From contig CAYJMC010000001.1 of assembly GCA_964371335.1 (NCBI GenBank), positions 14,648 through 78,647 on the forward strand: a stretch of 64,000 nucleotides of DNA, read 5' to 3'. Positions 23,563 to 33,952 of the stretch are shown piece by piece; within the stretch, counting starts at the first letter, position 1; the number at the start of each line of letters is the position of its first letter. A program made the position numbers and the translations under genes. The notes beneath the pieces were generated by a model. It did no database searches. It saw nothing but the letters and a program-made list of their open reading frames with translations, and was not told where the DNA came from. This DNA is from an uncultured Anaerolineaceae bacterium. GTDB taxonomy: Bacteria; Chloroflexota; Anaerolineae; Anaerolineales; UBA11579.

Positions 23563-25404
23563 TTACTCTGGCTCCACCACCAAACTCAATCCCGTGCCAA
23601 CCACCGCGGTGATCACCGCCGCGGTCCAGAAGCTGGTCATCTGGATCGAGAGCATCATCAGCATAAACCACCCGAACGCGAACTTGTAGTCGTAGATCAC
23701 GAAACCGAAGAAGTAGAACAACCCGTAAAACACCAGCCCGCCCAACAGGAAGAGAACAATGTTGAGGAAGGTTCGGGTTTGGGGGTTCCTTTCCCTCGTC
23801 GCCGCAGAGCGGCTCGCTCGGGACAGGCTCTGGCGCTTCGCGGTCGCTTCTCGTAATGGACTGATCAGCAGCCAGAATAGCAGCGGCACAAAGAAGAGCA
23901 GCGAGAAGGGGCTGATGGCGAGCACATATACGGCGCCGATGCCGATGACGCCGAAGGCCAGGGACTTGCGATCAAGGAAAGATGGATACCGAGACTCCCT
24001 TGATCGTCTTTGCGAGGGGCGAAGCCCCGAAGCACTCCCCAAGCCGGTCGAGTAGTAACGCTTCGCGATCCAACGCCCCAGCCACAGGAAGGCCGCCAGC
24101 CCAACTAGAAAAATGATCACCGCCATCCAGCGCGGGTTGTAGATATGTGCGTCTTTAGAAGTAGCGGGGTAGGCGGCGTACTTGTCCATGATGCCTACCG
24201 CCACCATCGCGTACGTTAGCACTATGGCCGCCAACAATGGCAGCCACAGACTGAGGAAATGCGGCAGCGCCCTCAGCCTCGATTGGAATTTGATACCCAA
24301 GTTCCCCGATGGCAATAACCAATAACTTATAACGAATAACACACCAACGAACCCTATAAACACGGCCCACAGCGGCGCACCGCTTAGTATCTGGTTGCTC
24401 CCTTCGAAATAAATATACGGACCCATATCCCGCGGAAATTCATCCATGCTGAGCAGTTGGCGGATGAATGCCTCCGCCACGCGCCCGGCCGCGCCCAGCG
24501 TTTCGGCGGACTGGTGTTCCATGGTGTCATCCGGGTCATGCCACAGGTGGTAATGCAGCTCGCCGAATTCAGCCGGCACGTGCCCGGTGAGTCCCACCGC
24601 CGGGATGCCCGTCGCGATCATCGGACCCTGGTCCATAAAGGAGATTGGCCCGGCCTGGTCGAGCGCCTGGTCCATCGGGGCGCGCAGGTTCACCTGCCAG
24701 CCGCCTGCAGCCTCGGCCGCCGCTTGCAGGGTCAGCGGAACCCAGATCGGCCCGTAGTTGCGGTACTGGCCGATCAGCTCAATGTTCATCGCATCGTAAT
24801 AATCGCGGCCTAGGTTATCCAACGACATGCCCACCAGAATGTCCTCCGGGTTGGGGTGGGTGCGCACGTAGTGCGCAGTGCCCAGCATGCCGTATTCCTC
24901 GCCGTCGGTGGTCACGAAAGTGAGTGTATAAGGCGGCGCGCCCTCGCTGGCGAAGATCTCAGCGAGCTGCAGCAGGATACTGATGCCGGAGCCGTCGTTG
25001 TCGGCGCCCTGGATCGTAGTGGGTGCCTGGTCATGGTGCGCCACAATAAGGATCTGGCGCGGGTCGGCGCCCGGCAGCGTGCAAACAACGTTTCGAAATT
25101 CCGTAGGGACAGAGTAATTGACCTGGGACCATTCCTGCAGCGCGCATTCCAGCCCCAGTGCGGAGAACTGCTCCAGCAGCCATTCGGCTGCGGCGCGGTT
25201 ATTTGGCGCTCCGCTGTGGCGGCTGGGGAAGCTGGAGACGAATTCGGTCTCGGTTTGGAGCGCCTGCTCGCCGTCGAAACGCAAGGCAGTAGGGTCGTAA
25301 CTAACCTCGGGCTGCGGGACGCTGGCGCAGGCGGAAAGAAGTAATGCAAAGATCGTTGCAATGGCAGATAGTTTCCATGCGTTACGCATAGTCACTCCCT
25401 TCAA
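23563..25404 (-). CDS. M28-family aminopeptidase fused to a C-terminal polytopic membrane domain
   Basis: Lipobox LSAC. HHDQ...DNDGSG...DGEE.G..G zinc ligand pattern of M28. At least 7 TM helices after about aa 340. Confidence 0.75.
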   Translation of the reverse strand: MKGVTMRNAWKLSAIATIFALLLSACASVPQPEVSYDPTALRFDGEQALQTETEFVSSFPSRHSGAPNNRAAAEWLLEQFSALGLECALQEWSQVNYSVPTEFRNVVCTLPGADPRQILIVAHHDQAPTTIQGADNDGSGISILLQLAEIFASEGAPPYTLTFVTTDGEEYGMLGTAHYVRTHPNPEDILVGMSLDNLGRDYYDAMNIELIGQYRNYGPIWVPLTLQAAAEAAGGWQVNLRAPMDQALDQAGPISFMDQGPMIATGIPAVGLTGHVPAEFGELHYHLWHDPDDTMEHQSAETLGAAGRVAEAFIRQLLSMDEFPRDMGPYIYFEGSNQILSGAPLWAVFIGFVGVLFVISYWLLPSGNLGIKFQSRLRALPHFLSLWLPLLAAIVLTYAMVAVGIMDKYAAYPATSKDAHIYNPRWMAVIIFLVGLAAFLWLGRWIAKRYYSTGLGSASGLRPSQRRSRESRYPSFLDRKSLAFGVIGIGAVYVLAISPFSLLFFVPLLFWLLISPLREATAKRQSLSRASRSAATRERNPQTRTFLNIVLFLLGGLVFYGLFYFFGFVIYDYKFAFGWFMLMMLSIQMTSFWTAAVITAVVGTGLSLVVEPE

Positions 25405-25556
25405 CTAGGGCCTTGGAAAACAGATTGTAAACCGCCCACAACTCTCAACCATGATGTGCCTCGTTTCGTTATATCGCCAAAACTGGCTTTCCCACAGATG
25501 ACGTTTGAAAGACGACAAGCAAAAACGCCTCTTCTGCGCTTTTGTGTGTCCTCTCG

Positions 25557-25624
25557 TTTGTCATCCCGAGCGTGTTGTGTAAATCATTACCCAAGCAATA
25601 AGCACGACCAGCGAGGGAACCCCA
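25557..25624 (-). repeat. Family-1 repeat, long form
   Basis: Plus strand: TTTGTCATCCCGAGCG-(36 nt)-CCAGCGAGGGAACCCC. Confidence 0.6.
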
Positions 25625-25706
25625 TGAGGCTCTCTTCCAGATTACCATGTCTGGTAAACCACGCGATAAAGCCTCGCCTTGAGCACCCTTGCGCATAGCC
25701 ACTACT

Positions 25707-26387
25707 TCACCAAACGCCTGGTATCAACCGCTTGGTCTTTATCCTATAAGCCAGATATTCTTTACCGAAGTGCGCGCTGAGCATGCGTTCTTCCACTCCA
25801 ATTCTGTACACGACGCTCGGTATCACCAGCACAGCGATAGAAATCAACCCCGCCAGGCTCCAGTAGCCCAGTGTTATCCCTGCAACCATTAGCAGGTAGC
25901 CTAGGTAGGCCGGATGGCGAATAACGCGGTAAGGTCCTGCTTGAACCAGCGTCTGGTCCTCCTTCACCGAGGCGTGCCCGGTGTAGCCCTGGCCTAAGGT
26001 GCGATGCGCCCAGACGAACAGGGCGATGCCCAGGAGGATCAGCGCCATGCCCCCAACTTCTGTCCAGGATGTGGGACGAAGCTTTTCGCCGAAGTAAAGA
26101 TATTCAATGGGCGAAAGGTAGAAAACGGCGCTCATGCCGATGGCGATGAACCAGAAAGAGCGATCCCCCCGTTCCTCTTTCGAGTAACTTTCGTCGAAGC
26201 CCGAATCCCAAAGCCGCCCCCTGCGGACTGCGAATGCGATCAGAATGCCTCCCGAGTAGACCACGCCGACCAAGAGTAGAAACCACCCGATCGGGTTGGT
26301 CGCTATGCTCAAAAAGCCCAGCCAGGCCAGCAATAGCGCCAGGATAGGCGCCACGATAACCAGAAAGAAAACCGCAATCCGGCTCAT
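25707..26387 (-). CDS. Isoprenylcysteine carboxyl / phospholipid methyltransferase-family membrane protein
   Basis: GPYRVIRHPAYLGYLL...E..L...FG..Y..Y signature. Confidence 0.8.
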   Translation of the reverse strand: MSRIAVFFLVIVAPILALLLAWLGFLSIATNPIGWFLLLVGVVYSGGILIAFAVRRGRLWDSGFDESYSKEERGDRSFWFIAIGMSAVFYLSPIEYLYFGEKLRPTSWTEVGGMALILLGIALFVWAHRTLGQGYTGHASVKEDQTLVQAGPYRVIRHPAYLGYLLMVAGITLGYWSLAGLISIAVLVIPSVVYRIGVEERMLSAHFGKEYLAYRIKTKRLIPGVW

Positions 26388-26646
26388 CGCCCCTTCGATT
26401 GCTTGACAAACGCACCGAGATTGTCCACTTTAGCCCCAATCGTGCTATGTATTGGCATTATCTCACGAAAGGGGTCTAAATTTGAGCAGGGACGGTCTCT
26501 GTTAGCCGTGTCAAGTACTTTGTGGAGACCCCCAAACCAAAAAGCCACAACAACTTTTGGTAAGGGCTTGTCAAGTATTTACGACCCTACCCCTGGTCGC
26601 GGAATAATATCTTTCAAAACGACGTGGGACGTTGGATGTGGGGACA

Positions 26647-27558
26647 TTATTTCGTCTTCTGTCTGTCCAGCGTCTGGTCTTCGAAGCTGGCAACATCTTC
26701 CAGCGATTCGAGGTGGGTAAATACGGTGACGTTTTCCAGGGCAGCGCGAATTTCGGCTTCCATGCGTTCCAGCAGTCTGTGGCCGCGCTGCACGGTCCAT
26801 AGGCCGGGTACGAGGACGTGAAGCGATACAAAACGGCGAGCGCCGCTCTGGCGGGTGCGCAGGGCGTGGTATTTCACGCCATCCTGGTCGTACTTATCCA
26901 GGATGGCTTTCAGGGCGGCCATATCTGCGGGTGGCAATGCAGTATCCATCAAGCCCATGGCAGACCCGCGCAGGATATGCCCGCCGGCCCAGGTGATATT
27001 GACGGCCACGGCGATAGCAATGACCGGGTCCAGCCACAACCAGCCCGTTACGGCCACCAGGCCAACCGCGGCCAGCACCCCGACGGAGGTCCACACGTCA
27101 GTTAGGAGGTGTTGGGAATTGGCCTCCAGCGTTGGGGAACGATGCTGTTTGCCGGCGCGGCCGAGCACCAGTGCGACGACAAGATTGATCAGTGCCGCCA
27201 CTACAGAGACTGAAAGGCCAAGGCTGATGGCTTCCAATGGGCGTGGTTCCAGGAGGCGCTGCACTGCGGCCACGCCGATGCTGGCGGCCGCTATCAGGAT
27301 CAGCGCGCCTTCGACCCCGCTGGAGAAATATTCGGCTTTGCTGTGGCCATAAGCGTGGTCTTCATCAGGCGGTTGGGCGGCGATGGAAAGCACCACCAGC
27401 GCCATAATGGCGCCGGCCAGGTTCACCAGCGATTCCAGTGCGTCAGAGAGCAAGCCCACGGAGCCAGTGAGCAGATAGGCGCCGGTCTTCAAGCCAATGG
27501 TAGCCAGGGCGGCGGCAATCGAGAGCCACGCGTAGCGCGTGAGAAAGGAGCGGTTCAC
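26647..27558 (-). CDS. Cation diffusion facilitator (CDF) transporter
   Basis: [20 protein letters not shown], and a C-terminal cytoplasmic domain. I prefer GTG 27558, because the longer ORF overlaps the upstream VOC gene. Confidence 0.8.
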   Translation of the reverse strand: MNRSFLTRYAWLSIAAALATIGLKTGAYLLTGSVGLLSDALESLVNLAGAIMALVVLSIAAQPPDEDHAYGHSKAEYFSSGVEGALILIAAASIGVAAVQRLLEPRPLEAISLGLSVSVVAALINLVVALVLGRAGKQHRSPTLEANSQHLLTDVWTSVGVLAAVGLVAVTGWLWLDPVIAIAVAVNITWAGGHILRGSAMGLMDTALPPADMAALKAILDKYDQDGVKYHALRTRQSGARRFVSLHVLVPGLWTVQRGHRLLERMEAEIRAALENVTVFTHLESLEDVASFEDQTLDRQKTK

Positions 27559-27571
27559 AATAGGATTGATT

Positions 27572-27952
27572 CTACGCAGGGAACTGAGATAACGATAATA
27601 GATTCCCGTCGGGATCTTTGAACCACGCCACCATCGTGCCTTCAGATGTGGTCCAGATGCCATCTGCATCCTGACCGGGGAATCCGTAATTCTCGAAAAT
27701 GACGCCCTTGGCGACTAGTTCGTTCAGGCTAAGGTGCAGGTCGGGAACCTGCCAGCCAAGAACGGCGAAAGGTTGCGGGTTAAGATTCTTCACGACGCTG
27801 ACACGCAGCATGACTCCATTGGAATCAAAGACTAGCGCGATCGGCTCTTCGGAAACCAGCTTGAGGCCGAGCACGTCGCGGTAAAAGGAGCGCGCATTGT
27901 CGGGATTCGCTGTGGAAACGATGGACATCAATTTGAAGTTTTTCATGGGCAC
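27572..27952 (-). CDS. VOC (glyoxalase/bleomycin-resistance) family protein
   Basis: Paired beta-alpha-beta-beta-beta profile: FYRDVLGL...F.DPDGN. Confidence 0.7.
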   Translation of the reverse strand: MPMKNFKLMSIVSTANPDNARSFYRDVLGLKLVSEEPIALVFDSNGVMLRVSVVKNLNPQPFAVLGWQVPDLHLSLNELVAKGVIFENYGFPGQDADGIWTTSEGTMVAWFKDPDGNLLSLSQFPA

Positions 27953-27954
27953 AA

Positions 27955-29041
27955 TTATTTCACTCCAACCTTGGACCGCAGGTACGCCTCGATGAAGCCA
28001 TTCAAGGCGCCGTCCAACACTGCCTGCGTATTTCCTGTTTCGAAGTCGGTGCGATGATCTTTAACCAGCTGATAAGGATGCAAAACGTAGGAACGAATTT
28101 GGCTGCCCCATTCCGCTTTCTGGTATTCGCCGCGCAATTGGGCCAGTTCCTCCTCTTTTTCTTCTCGCCTGATATCCAACAAACGTGCTCTGAGCACCTT
28201 CATGGCGTTCTCGCGGTTTTGCGTCTGCGAGCGTTCGTTTTGCGAAGAAGCCACGATGCCAGTAGGCAGGTGGGTGATGCGAATGGCGGTCTGGTTTTTC
28301 TGAACGTTCTGGCCCCCGGCGCCACTGGAGAGAAAGGTGTCGATCTTTAGGTCGCTGGGATTGATGGCGATATCGGCTTCTTCTACTTGAGGCAGCACCT
28401 CCACCTGGGCAAAGGATGTATGGCGCCTGTGAGCCGAGTCGAACGGCGATAGACGCACCAGCCGGTGGACGCCTTTTTCAGGGCGCAGGTAGCCGTAAGC
28501 GTAATCGCCGGTTACGGCCATGGTAACGCTTTTGATGCCGGCTTCCTCACCCGGAGTCAGGTCGAGAATCTCGGTTTTGTAGCCTTCCTTCTCGGCCCAA
28601 CGCAGGTACATGCGCTGCAGCATGGCGGCCCAATCCTGGGAATCGGTGCCGCCGGCGCCGGCGTTGATGCTGAGCAGCGCATCGCCCTCGTCGTAGTCGC
28701 CGGCGAGGAATGTACGCAGCTCGCCCTGAACAACCTCGTGCTCGATGGCCTTAGCTTCTGTTTCCAGCTCAGGGAGTAGACTGTCATCGCCCAGCTCGGC
28801 CAGCTCCAGGGCATCTGCAATGCGGCGCTCGAGGCTGCGCCAGCTCTCGATTTCGGCCCGCTGGCTGGCGATGCGTTTCATCAATTGTTGGGCGGCTTGG
28901 GGGTTTTCCCAAAGGTTCGGCGCTGCGGATTGCTCTTCTAATTTGGCGAGTTCGACTTCTTTTTTAGGTAGGTCAAAGACGCTCCAAAAGTGGCTGGATG
29001 CGCAGGTGAGCTTGGTTTAGGTACTCAAGGACTGTTGGCAT
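27955..29041 (-). CDS. prfB: Peptide chain release factor 2, programmed +1 frameshift (29041-28976 joined to 28974-27955)
   Basis: Frame 0: MPTVLEYLNQAHLRIQPLLERL then TGA at 28975-28973 within CTT TGA C, with GGAG 3 nt upstream. The +1 frame continues DLPKKEVELAKLEEQSAAPNLWENPQAAQQLMKRIAS... into the 309-aa ORF, which has SPF and GGQ motifs. Confidence 0.92.
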
Positions 29042-29071
29042 GGTTCCTCTATATTTGGGATAATTATAACA

Positions 29072-31387
29072 ATGGGAAAGGATCGGTTATCGAAAGGGCA
29101 GGTTGATCACCTCCATTTGCCCTCGGATTCTAGGCGGGCCAAAGTCAACCCATTAAGCGACATACTTGGCAGCCTTAATCCATTTACGCAATCAGGTGAG
29201 TCTAACCTGCAGGCGGGTCTACCTCAGTGGCGCGAGCGTATCTTAGATAGTTTACTGGCCATTGTGCTCGTCTGGGGTTTGCTGGCCCTCATTCCCGGCA
29301 TTTGGCTTTCCATCAGCCTGGGCCGGTGGGGAATAGTCTTTGTCAATTTGATCTCCTACGGGGTGTCTTTGTTGTTTTTCATTTACCGCAAGAAGATCCC
29401 TTACACCCTGCGCGCCGCTTTATTGGTCTCAGTCGCTTTTGTGCTGGGCGCGTTCATTTTTATCGTCACTGGTGACGCAGGATCGGATCTATTCTGGATT
29501 TTCGTTGTTGCTCCATTGGGCAGCCTCCTGCTGGGCTTGAAGTGGGGATTGGTCTTTTCTATGTTGAACATAATATTTTTGGCAGTCATTGCCCTGCTCA
29601 TCGCCTCGGGTGTTCACGTTTCAGAACGTGTCAGCGAATTCACCTTCGCCTCCTGGCTGGTCTACAGCGCCAATTTCATAGCAGCTAATGCGATCGTGAC
29701 CATACCATTAAATGCCCTGCTTGAAGGATTGTTCAAAAGTGCTGAACTCCAACGCAGACGCCTTGTTGAGCTCGAGGCCATCCGTGAAGTAACCACCGCC
29801 TTACGAACCGCTGAACGTCTGGAAGAAATGTTTCCTTTGGTGTTGAATTCTGCCCTGCGAGTGCTAAACCTCGAAAGTGGCAGTATATGGTTGTACAACG
29901 CGGCGCAGCAGCACTTAGAGATGGTTGCGGCGCGCGGCTACGTCGATAAGGAAGGTCGCAAAATTACCATCCTCCCGCAGAAGCCAGGCGAAGGTATTTC
30001 TGGGTTTGTATATTCAACAGGCCTGACTTTTCAAAGTAAGGAATTTAAAACGGATTTGCGGATTCCGGAATATACGCGCAAGTTGGTGCCGGCTGGGATT
30101 GGAGGAGTTGCAGTTCCGATTCGGTCCGAATCAACGATGCTTGGCGTAATTATTGCGAACGTTAGTCTACCCAGGGTGATTGAAAACAACGAGGTCAATC
30201 TACTTACTACGCTGGCAGAAATCGCAGGGAACGCAATCCATCGCAGCTCTTTGCACCAGAAGACTAAGGTACAGCTAAATCAGTTCAAAGCCTTGAGCGA
30301 AATTGATCGGGCCATCCTTTCAAGCCTCGATCTGCAATCCAACTTGAAGCTGCTGGTGGATAACGTCGTTCAACAACTGGGGGTGGACGCAGCCATCGTA
30401 ATGCTTTTCGATCCCGCCATGCAAACATTAAATTACGTCCAGGGGTCTGGGTTCCGCACCCATGCTTTTGAAGATCAACGAGTGGAGTTGGGGGCGCCCT
30501 ATGCGGGGAAAGTCGCGGTAGAAAAGAAAACTATCCACGTTGATCAATTACAGGTGGAACGTGATAATCCGGTTTTGGCCAAGGCCCTGGAGGCCGAAGG
30601 GTTTACCAGTTATTACGGAACCCCCCTTATTGCCAAGGGGGAATTCCTTGGGGTTTTGGAAATTTACCATCGCAGTTCATTGGGTCCCGACGAAGAATGG
30701 TTTGGTCTTTTGGATTCACTGGCCAACCGGGCCGCGCTAGCCATCGATACCATCAAAGTGCTTGAGAGCCTGGAGCGATCAAACCAGGATCTGGTTCTTT
30801 CCTACGATGCCGCCATTGAAGGCTGGTCCAAGGCGCTGGACTTGCGCGATAAGGAAACGGAAGGGCATTCTCAGCGAGTCTCTGAATTGGGTCTAGAGCT
30901 GGCAAGGCGCATGGACCTGAGTAATGCACAATTGGTAAGTTTCCGCCGAGGCGCGTTATTGCACGACATTGGCAAGATGGGTGTGCCCGACCAAATTCTC
31001 TTCAAGCCTGACAAGTTGAACGAAGAAGAGTGGACGCTTATGAAAAAGCATCCTGTCTTTGCTTACGAAATGTTACTGGAAATCTCTTACCTCAAGGATG
31101 CGTTGGATATTCCCTACTCTCATCATGAGCACTGGGACGGCAGCGGCTACCCGCTTGGTTTGAAAGGCGAAACGATTCCCCTCGTGGCGCGCATCTTTGC
31201 GGTGGCAGACGTTTACGATGCGCTCACCAGCGATCGCCCTTATCGCAAAGCCTGGGCGAAGGAAAAAGCTGTCGTTTATATCCGAGAGCAGTCGGGCAAA
31301 TTGTTTGATCCAAAAGTTGTGGATGTTTTCCTAAAATTCCACCTCGCCACAAGGACCTTGGAAGCGGATAAGGGCGCGATGCTATAA
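29072..31387 (+). CDS. Membrane sensor with two GAF domains and an HD-GYP phosphodiesterase domain
   Basis: About 7 TM helices, GAF-like repeats, HDIGK and [11 protein letters not shown]. Confidence 0.85.
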   Translation: MGKDRLSKGQVDHLHLPSDSRRAKVNPLSDILGSLNPFTQSGESNLQAGLPQWRERILDSLLAIVLVWGLLALIPGIWLSISLGRWGIVFVNLISYGVSLLFFIYRKKIPYTLRAALLVSVAFVLGAFIFIVTGDAGSDLFWIFVVAPLGSLLLGLKWGLVFSMLNIIFLAVIALLIASGVHVSERVSEFTFASWLVYSANFIAANAIVTIPLNALLEGLFKSAELQRRRLVELEAIREVTTALRTAERLEEMFPLVLNSALRVLNLESGSIWLYNAAQQHLEMVAARGYVDKEGRKITILPQKPGEGISGFVYSTGLTFQSKEFKTDLRIPEYTRKLVPAGIGGVAVPIRSESTMLGVIIANVSLPRVIENNEVNLLTTLAEIAGNAIHRSSLHQKTKVQLNQFKALSEIDRAILSSLDLQSNLKLLVDNVVQQLGVDAAIVMLFDPAMQTLNYVQGSGFRTHAFEDQRVELGAPYAGKVAVEKKTIHVDQLQVERDNPVLAKALEAEGFTSYYGTPLIAKGEFLGVLEIYHRSSLGPDEEWFGLLDSLANRAALAIDTIKVLESLERSNQDLVLSYDAAIEGWSKALDLRDKETEGHSQRVSELGLELARRMDLSNAQLVSFRRGALLHDIGKMGVPDQILFKPDKLNEEEWTLMKKHPVFAYEMLLEISYLKDALDIPYSHHEHWDGSGYPLGLKGETIPLVARIFAVADVYDALTSDRPYRKAWAKEKAVVYIREQSGKLFDPKVVDVFLKFHLATRTLEADKGAML

Positions 31388-31394
31388 TCGCTCC

Positions 31395-31898
31395 ATGGCG
31401 AAATCATTAAGCCATTTGGATTCTCGCGGCCGCGCCCGCATGGTGGATGTCGGCGGCAAGCCCATCACCGATCGGTTGGCAATCGCTGAAGGCCAAGTGC
31501 GCATGCAGCCAGAGACACTGGAGTTGATCCGCGATAACGCGTTGGAAAAAGGCGATGCGTTAGCTGTTGCCCGGGTTGCTGGCATCCAGGCAGCCAAGCG
31601 CACGGCCGAGCTGATCCCCTTTTGCCATTCGCTGCCCTTGGATCATCTTGCTATCGATTTCGAATTCGACGATGGCTTGCCGGGCATTCGCATTCGCTCT
31701 ACAGCGCGCAGCACGGGCAAAACCGGTGTGGAGATGGAGGCGCTGACAGCGGTTTCCGTTGCGGCGCTTACGATTTACGACATGGCCAAATCTGCAGAAA
31801 AAAGCATGCGGATCGAGAATGTGCGGTTGGTTAAAAAGAGTGGGGGGAAGAGCGGGGAATACAACGAAAGGGGTAAGGATAATAGAAAGGATAAATAA
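31395..31898 (+). CDS. moaC: Cyclic pyranopterin monophosphate synthase MoaC
   Basis: MVDV..K..T.R.A.A..., [20 protein letters not shown]. Confidence 0.9.
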   Translation: MAKSLSHLDSRGRARMVDVGGKPITDRLAIAEGQVRMQPETLELIRDNALEKGDALAVARVAGIQAAKRTAELIPFCHSLPLDHLAIDFEFDDGLPGIRIRSTARSTGKTGVEMEALTAVSVAALTIYDMAKSAEKSMRIENVRLVKKSGGKSGEYNERGKDNRKDK

Positions 31899-31943
31899 AG
31901 TTGTTGGGTGTAAATATTCAGCAAAATAAGTTTGATTTAAATA

Positions 31944-32105
31944 ATGCCCAAAGAAAAATGGAAGCGCCGTGAAAAGAAACTTGAAAAGCGAAAGCGGGGA
32001 ATGATAGTATCGGGGCGCTCGGTGTTCACCTTGCAAGAAATTCAAAAGAAAAAAGCGGAACAGGCGAAAAAGAGTAAAAAATCGAAGCTCGGGAAAAAGG
32101 CATGA
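31944..32105 (+). CDS. Possible 53-aa Lys/Arg-rich peptide between moaC and moaD (uncertain)
   Basis: ATG 31944 gives MPKEKWKRREKKLEKRKRGMIVSGRSVFTLQEIQKKKAEQAKKSKKSKLGKKA. Its stop overlaps the moaD ATG (ATGA). No convincing RBS. Confidence 0.25.
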   Translation: MPKEKWKRREKKLEKRKRGMIVSGRSVFTLQEIQKKKAEQAKKSKKSKLGKKA

Positions 32106-32350
32106 ATAAAGTAAAGATTCTTTTTTTCGCCACCTTAAAAGAAAAAGCTGGGAATGATGAGGCTGATGTGGAAATTCCAGATCAGATCTCGGTAGGCGAC
32201 CTAAAAGAATTACTATTTCAACAATTCCCTCACCTGCCAAAGAGTAAGGCCAACCTTCTCGTGGCAATCAATAAGGAATACGCCTTCGAGCAAGAAAAAA
32301 TTCCACAAGGCGCGGAGATTGCTTTGTTCCCTCCTGTAAGCGGCGGATAA
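32102..32350 (+). CDS. moaD: Molybdopterin synthase sulfur-carrier subunit MoaD
   Basis: 82 aa, ubiquitin-like, ends ...FPPVSGG. Confidence 0.85.
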   Translation: MNKVKILFFATLKEKAGNDEADVEIPDQISVGDLKELLFQQFPHLPKSKANLLVAINKEYAFEQEKIPQGAEIALFPPVSGG

Positions 32351-32354
32351 GCGC

Positions 32355-32813
32355 ATGGATCAGCCAACCATCTTTGCGATCACCCAATCTGAGCTGGACC
32401 TGAATGCCATCCTTTCCCAGATCAGTTTGCCAACCACGGGCGCAGCCTGCTTCTTCAGCGGCGTAGTACGCGGGGAAACCAGGCGCGGCGAACCTCACCA
32501 AACCTTGCATTTGGAATACGAAGCTTACGTGCCCATGGCCGAAGCCAAGATGCGCCGGGTGGCTGATGAAATCCGCCAGCGTTGGCCGGAGGTGGAAGGC
32601 ATCGCTATCGTGCAGCGGGTGGGCACGCTGCAGCCGGGTACCCCAACCGTGCTGATAGCCTGCACGGCAGCACATCGCGATACTGGCGTATTTGAGGCCG
32701 CCCGTTACGGCATCGACCGCCTCAAAGAAATCGTCCCAATATGGAAGAAAGAAGTTGGTCCCAAAGGGGAAGAATGGATCGAAGGCGAATATATTCCCAG
32801 GTCGGGTGATTAA
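32355..32813 (+). CDS. moaE: Molybdopterin synthase catalytic subunit MoaE
   Basis: GAACFFSGVVR...LEYEAY..MA...I......W......I.HR.G.L, and PIWKKE. Confidence 0.85.
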   Translation: MDQPTIFAITQSELDLNAILSQISLPTTGAACFFSGVVRGETRRGEPHQTLHLEYEAYVPMAEAKMRRVADEIRQRWPEVEGIAIVQRVGTLQPGTPTVLIACTAAHRDTGVFEAARYGIDRLKEIVPIWKKEVGPKGEEWIEGEYIPRSGD

Positions 32814-32851
32814 CAAACTGGGGGGAATCGCTTTAGAATCCGAATCAATTT

Positions 32852-33940
32852 ATGACTAGTTTTCATTGCAGCAATTGTCATCGAGCCTATCCGGAAAAGG
32901 GCGCGCCTTATCGTTGTCTCCATTGCGGTGGCGTCTTTACCTTGGATGGCCTTTTGAAATTCTCTATCGACCAAATCGAGCCGGGCCTGTCCGGCATCTG
33001 GCGTTATCGTCATAGTTTCGGCTATCCAACCGCGCCAGTCATTTACCTTGGCGAAGGAGATACACCGCTTGTGGAGGGGACGGGGTTTGGGCGCAAGATT
33101 GCATTTAAACTCGAGTTTCTCAATCCAACTGGGTCTTTCAAAGATAGGGCAACGGCGCCTTTGGCCAGTTTTTTATTAGCCCGCGGCATAACGGAAGCCG
33201 TGGAGGATTCGTCGGGGAACGCGGGCGCGTCCTTCGCTGCCTACGCAGCACGCGCCGGAATCCGCAGCCGGGTCTTTGTGCCCGATTACGCCTCCGGGCC
33301 TAAACGCCGCCAGATCGAAGCCTATGGCGCTGAGCTTGTCCCCGTTGCTGGCCCGCGTTCGGAGGCGGCAGCCGCGGTGCGCAAGGCGGCTGAGGAGAGC
33401 GCTGTGTACGCCAGCCATGCCTTCCTTCCCTTTGGATTGCCTGGCATCGCCACCATTGCTTATGAGCTGTACGAAGAACTGGGTGATGCACCGGGAACTG
33501 TCATTGCCCCCGTGGGACACGGCAGTCTCCTGTTAGGCATTGCCCAAGGTTTTTCAGCCCTTAAGGCCACAGGTATAATCAAAAATCAACCGCGCTTGGT
33601 AGGTGTGCAGGCAAGAGCCTGCGCTCCATTGTGGGCGCTCAGCATCCAAGGCGCCGCTGGCTTGGCCTGGGTCACCGAAGGTGAAACGCTGGCTGAAGGG
33701 GTGCGAGTATTGCAGCCTTTGCGAGGTGACGAGCTGCTTCGCGCCGTGGAAGCGAGTGGCGGGTGCTTCGTGGCGGTGGAAGAAAAACAGATACTGCCGG
33801 CACGCGACTCACTTGCGCGGGCAGGGTTATTTGTAGAGCCGACTTCAGCTATCGTATGGGCTGCGCTGCAGGAAATCGCCCAAGACCTGCCAGAGCCTAT
33901 TGTTTTGGTACTGAGCGGATCAGGCTTGAAAGCACAATGA
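32852..33940 (+). CDS. thrC: Threonine synthase-like PLP enzyme with N-terminal zinc ribbon
   Basis: CSNCHRAY...YRCLHCGG, PLP-lysine motif NPTGSFKDRA, and a fold-type II body. Confidence 0.65.
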   Translation: MTSFHCSNCHRAYPEKGAPYRCLHCGGVFTLDGLLKFSIDQIEPGLSGIWRYRHSFGYPTAPVIYLGEGDTPLVEGTGFGRKIAFKLEFLNPTGSFKDRATAPLASFLLARGITEAVEDSSGNAGASFAAYAARAGIRSRVFVPDYASGPKRRQIEAYGAELVPVAGPRSEAAAAVRKAAEESAVYASHAFLPFGLPGIATIAYELYEELGDAPGTVIAPVGHGSLLLGIAQGFSALKATGIIKNQPRLVGVQARACAPLWALSIQGAAGLAWVTEGETLAEGVRVLQPLRGDELLRAVEASGGCFVAVEEKQILPARDSLARAGLFVEPTSAIVWAALQEIAQDLPEPIVLVLSGSGLKAQ

Positions 33941-33952
33941 GTTGAGGAGTAA

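Noticed and set aside
31899-32101. I considered calling a Moco riboswitch in the moaC-moaD spacer.
   Set aside because: I could not identify the conserved Moco-motif helices or loops by eye. It is left as an open alternative in the findings rather than annotated as a feature.
31560-32816. Minus-strand ORFs of 235 and 182 aa overlapping moaC, moaD and moaE.
   Set aside because: The plus strand carries recognisable MoaC, MoaD (ending GG) and MoaE. The minus-strand products have no motifs and odd composition.
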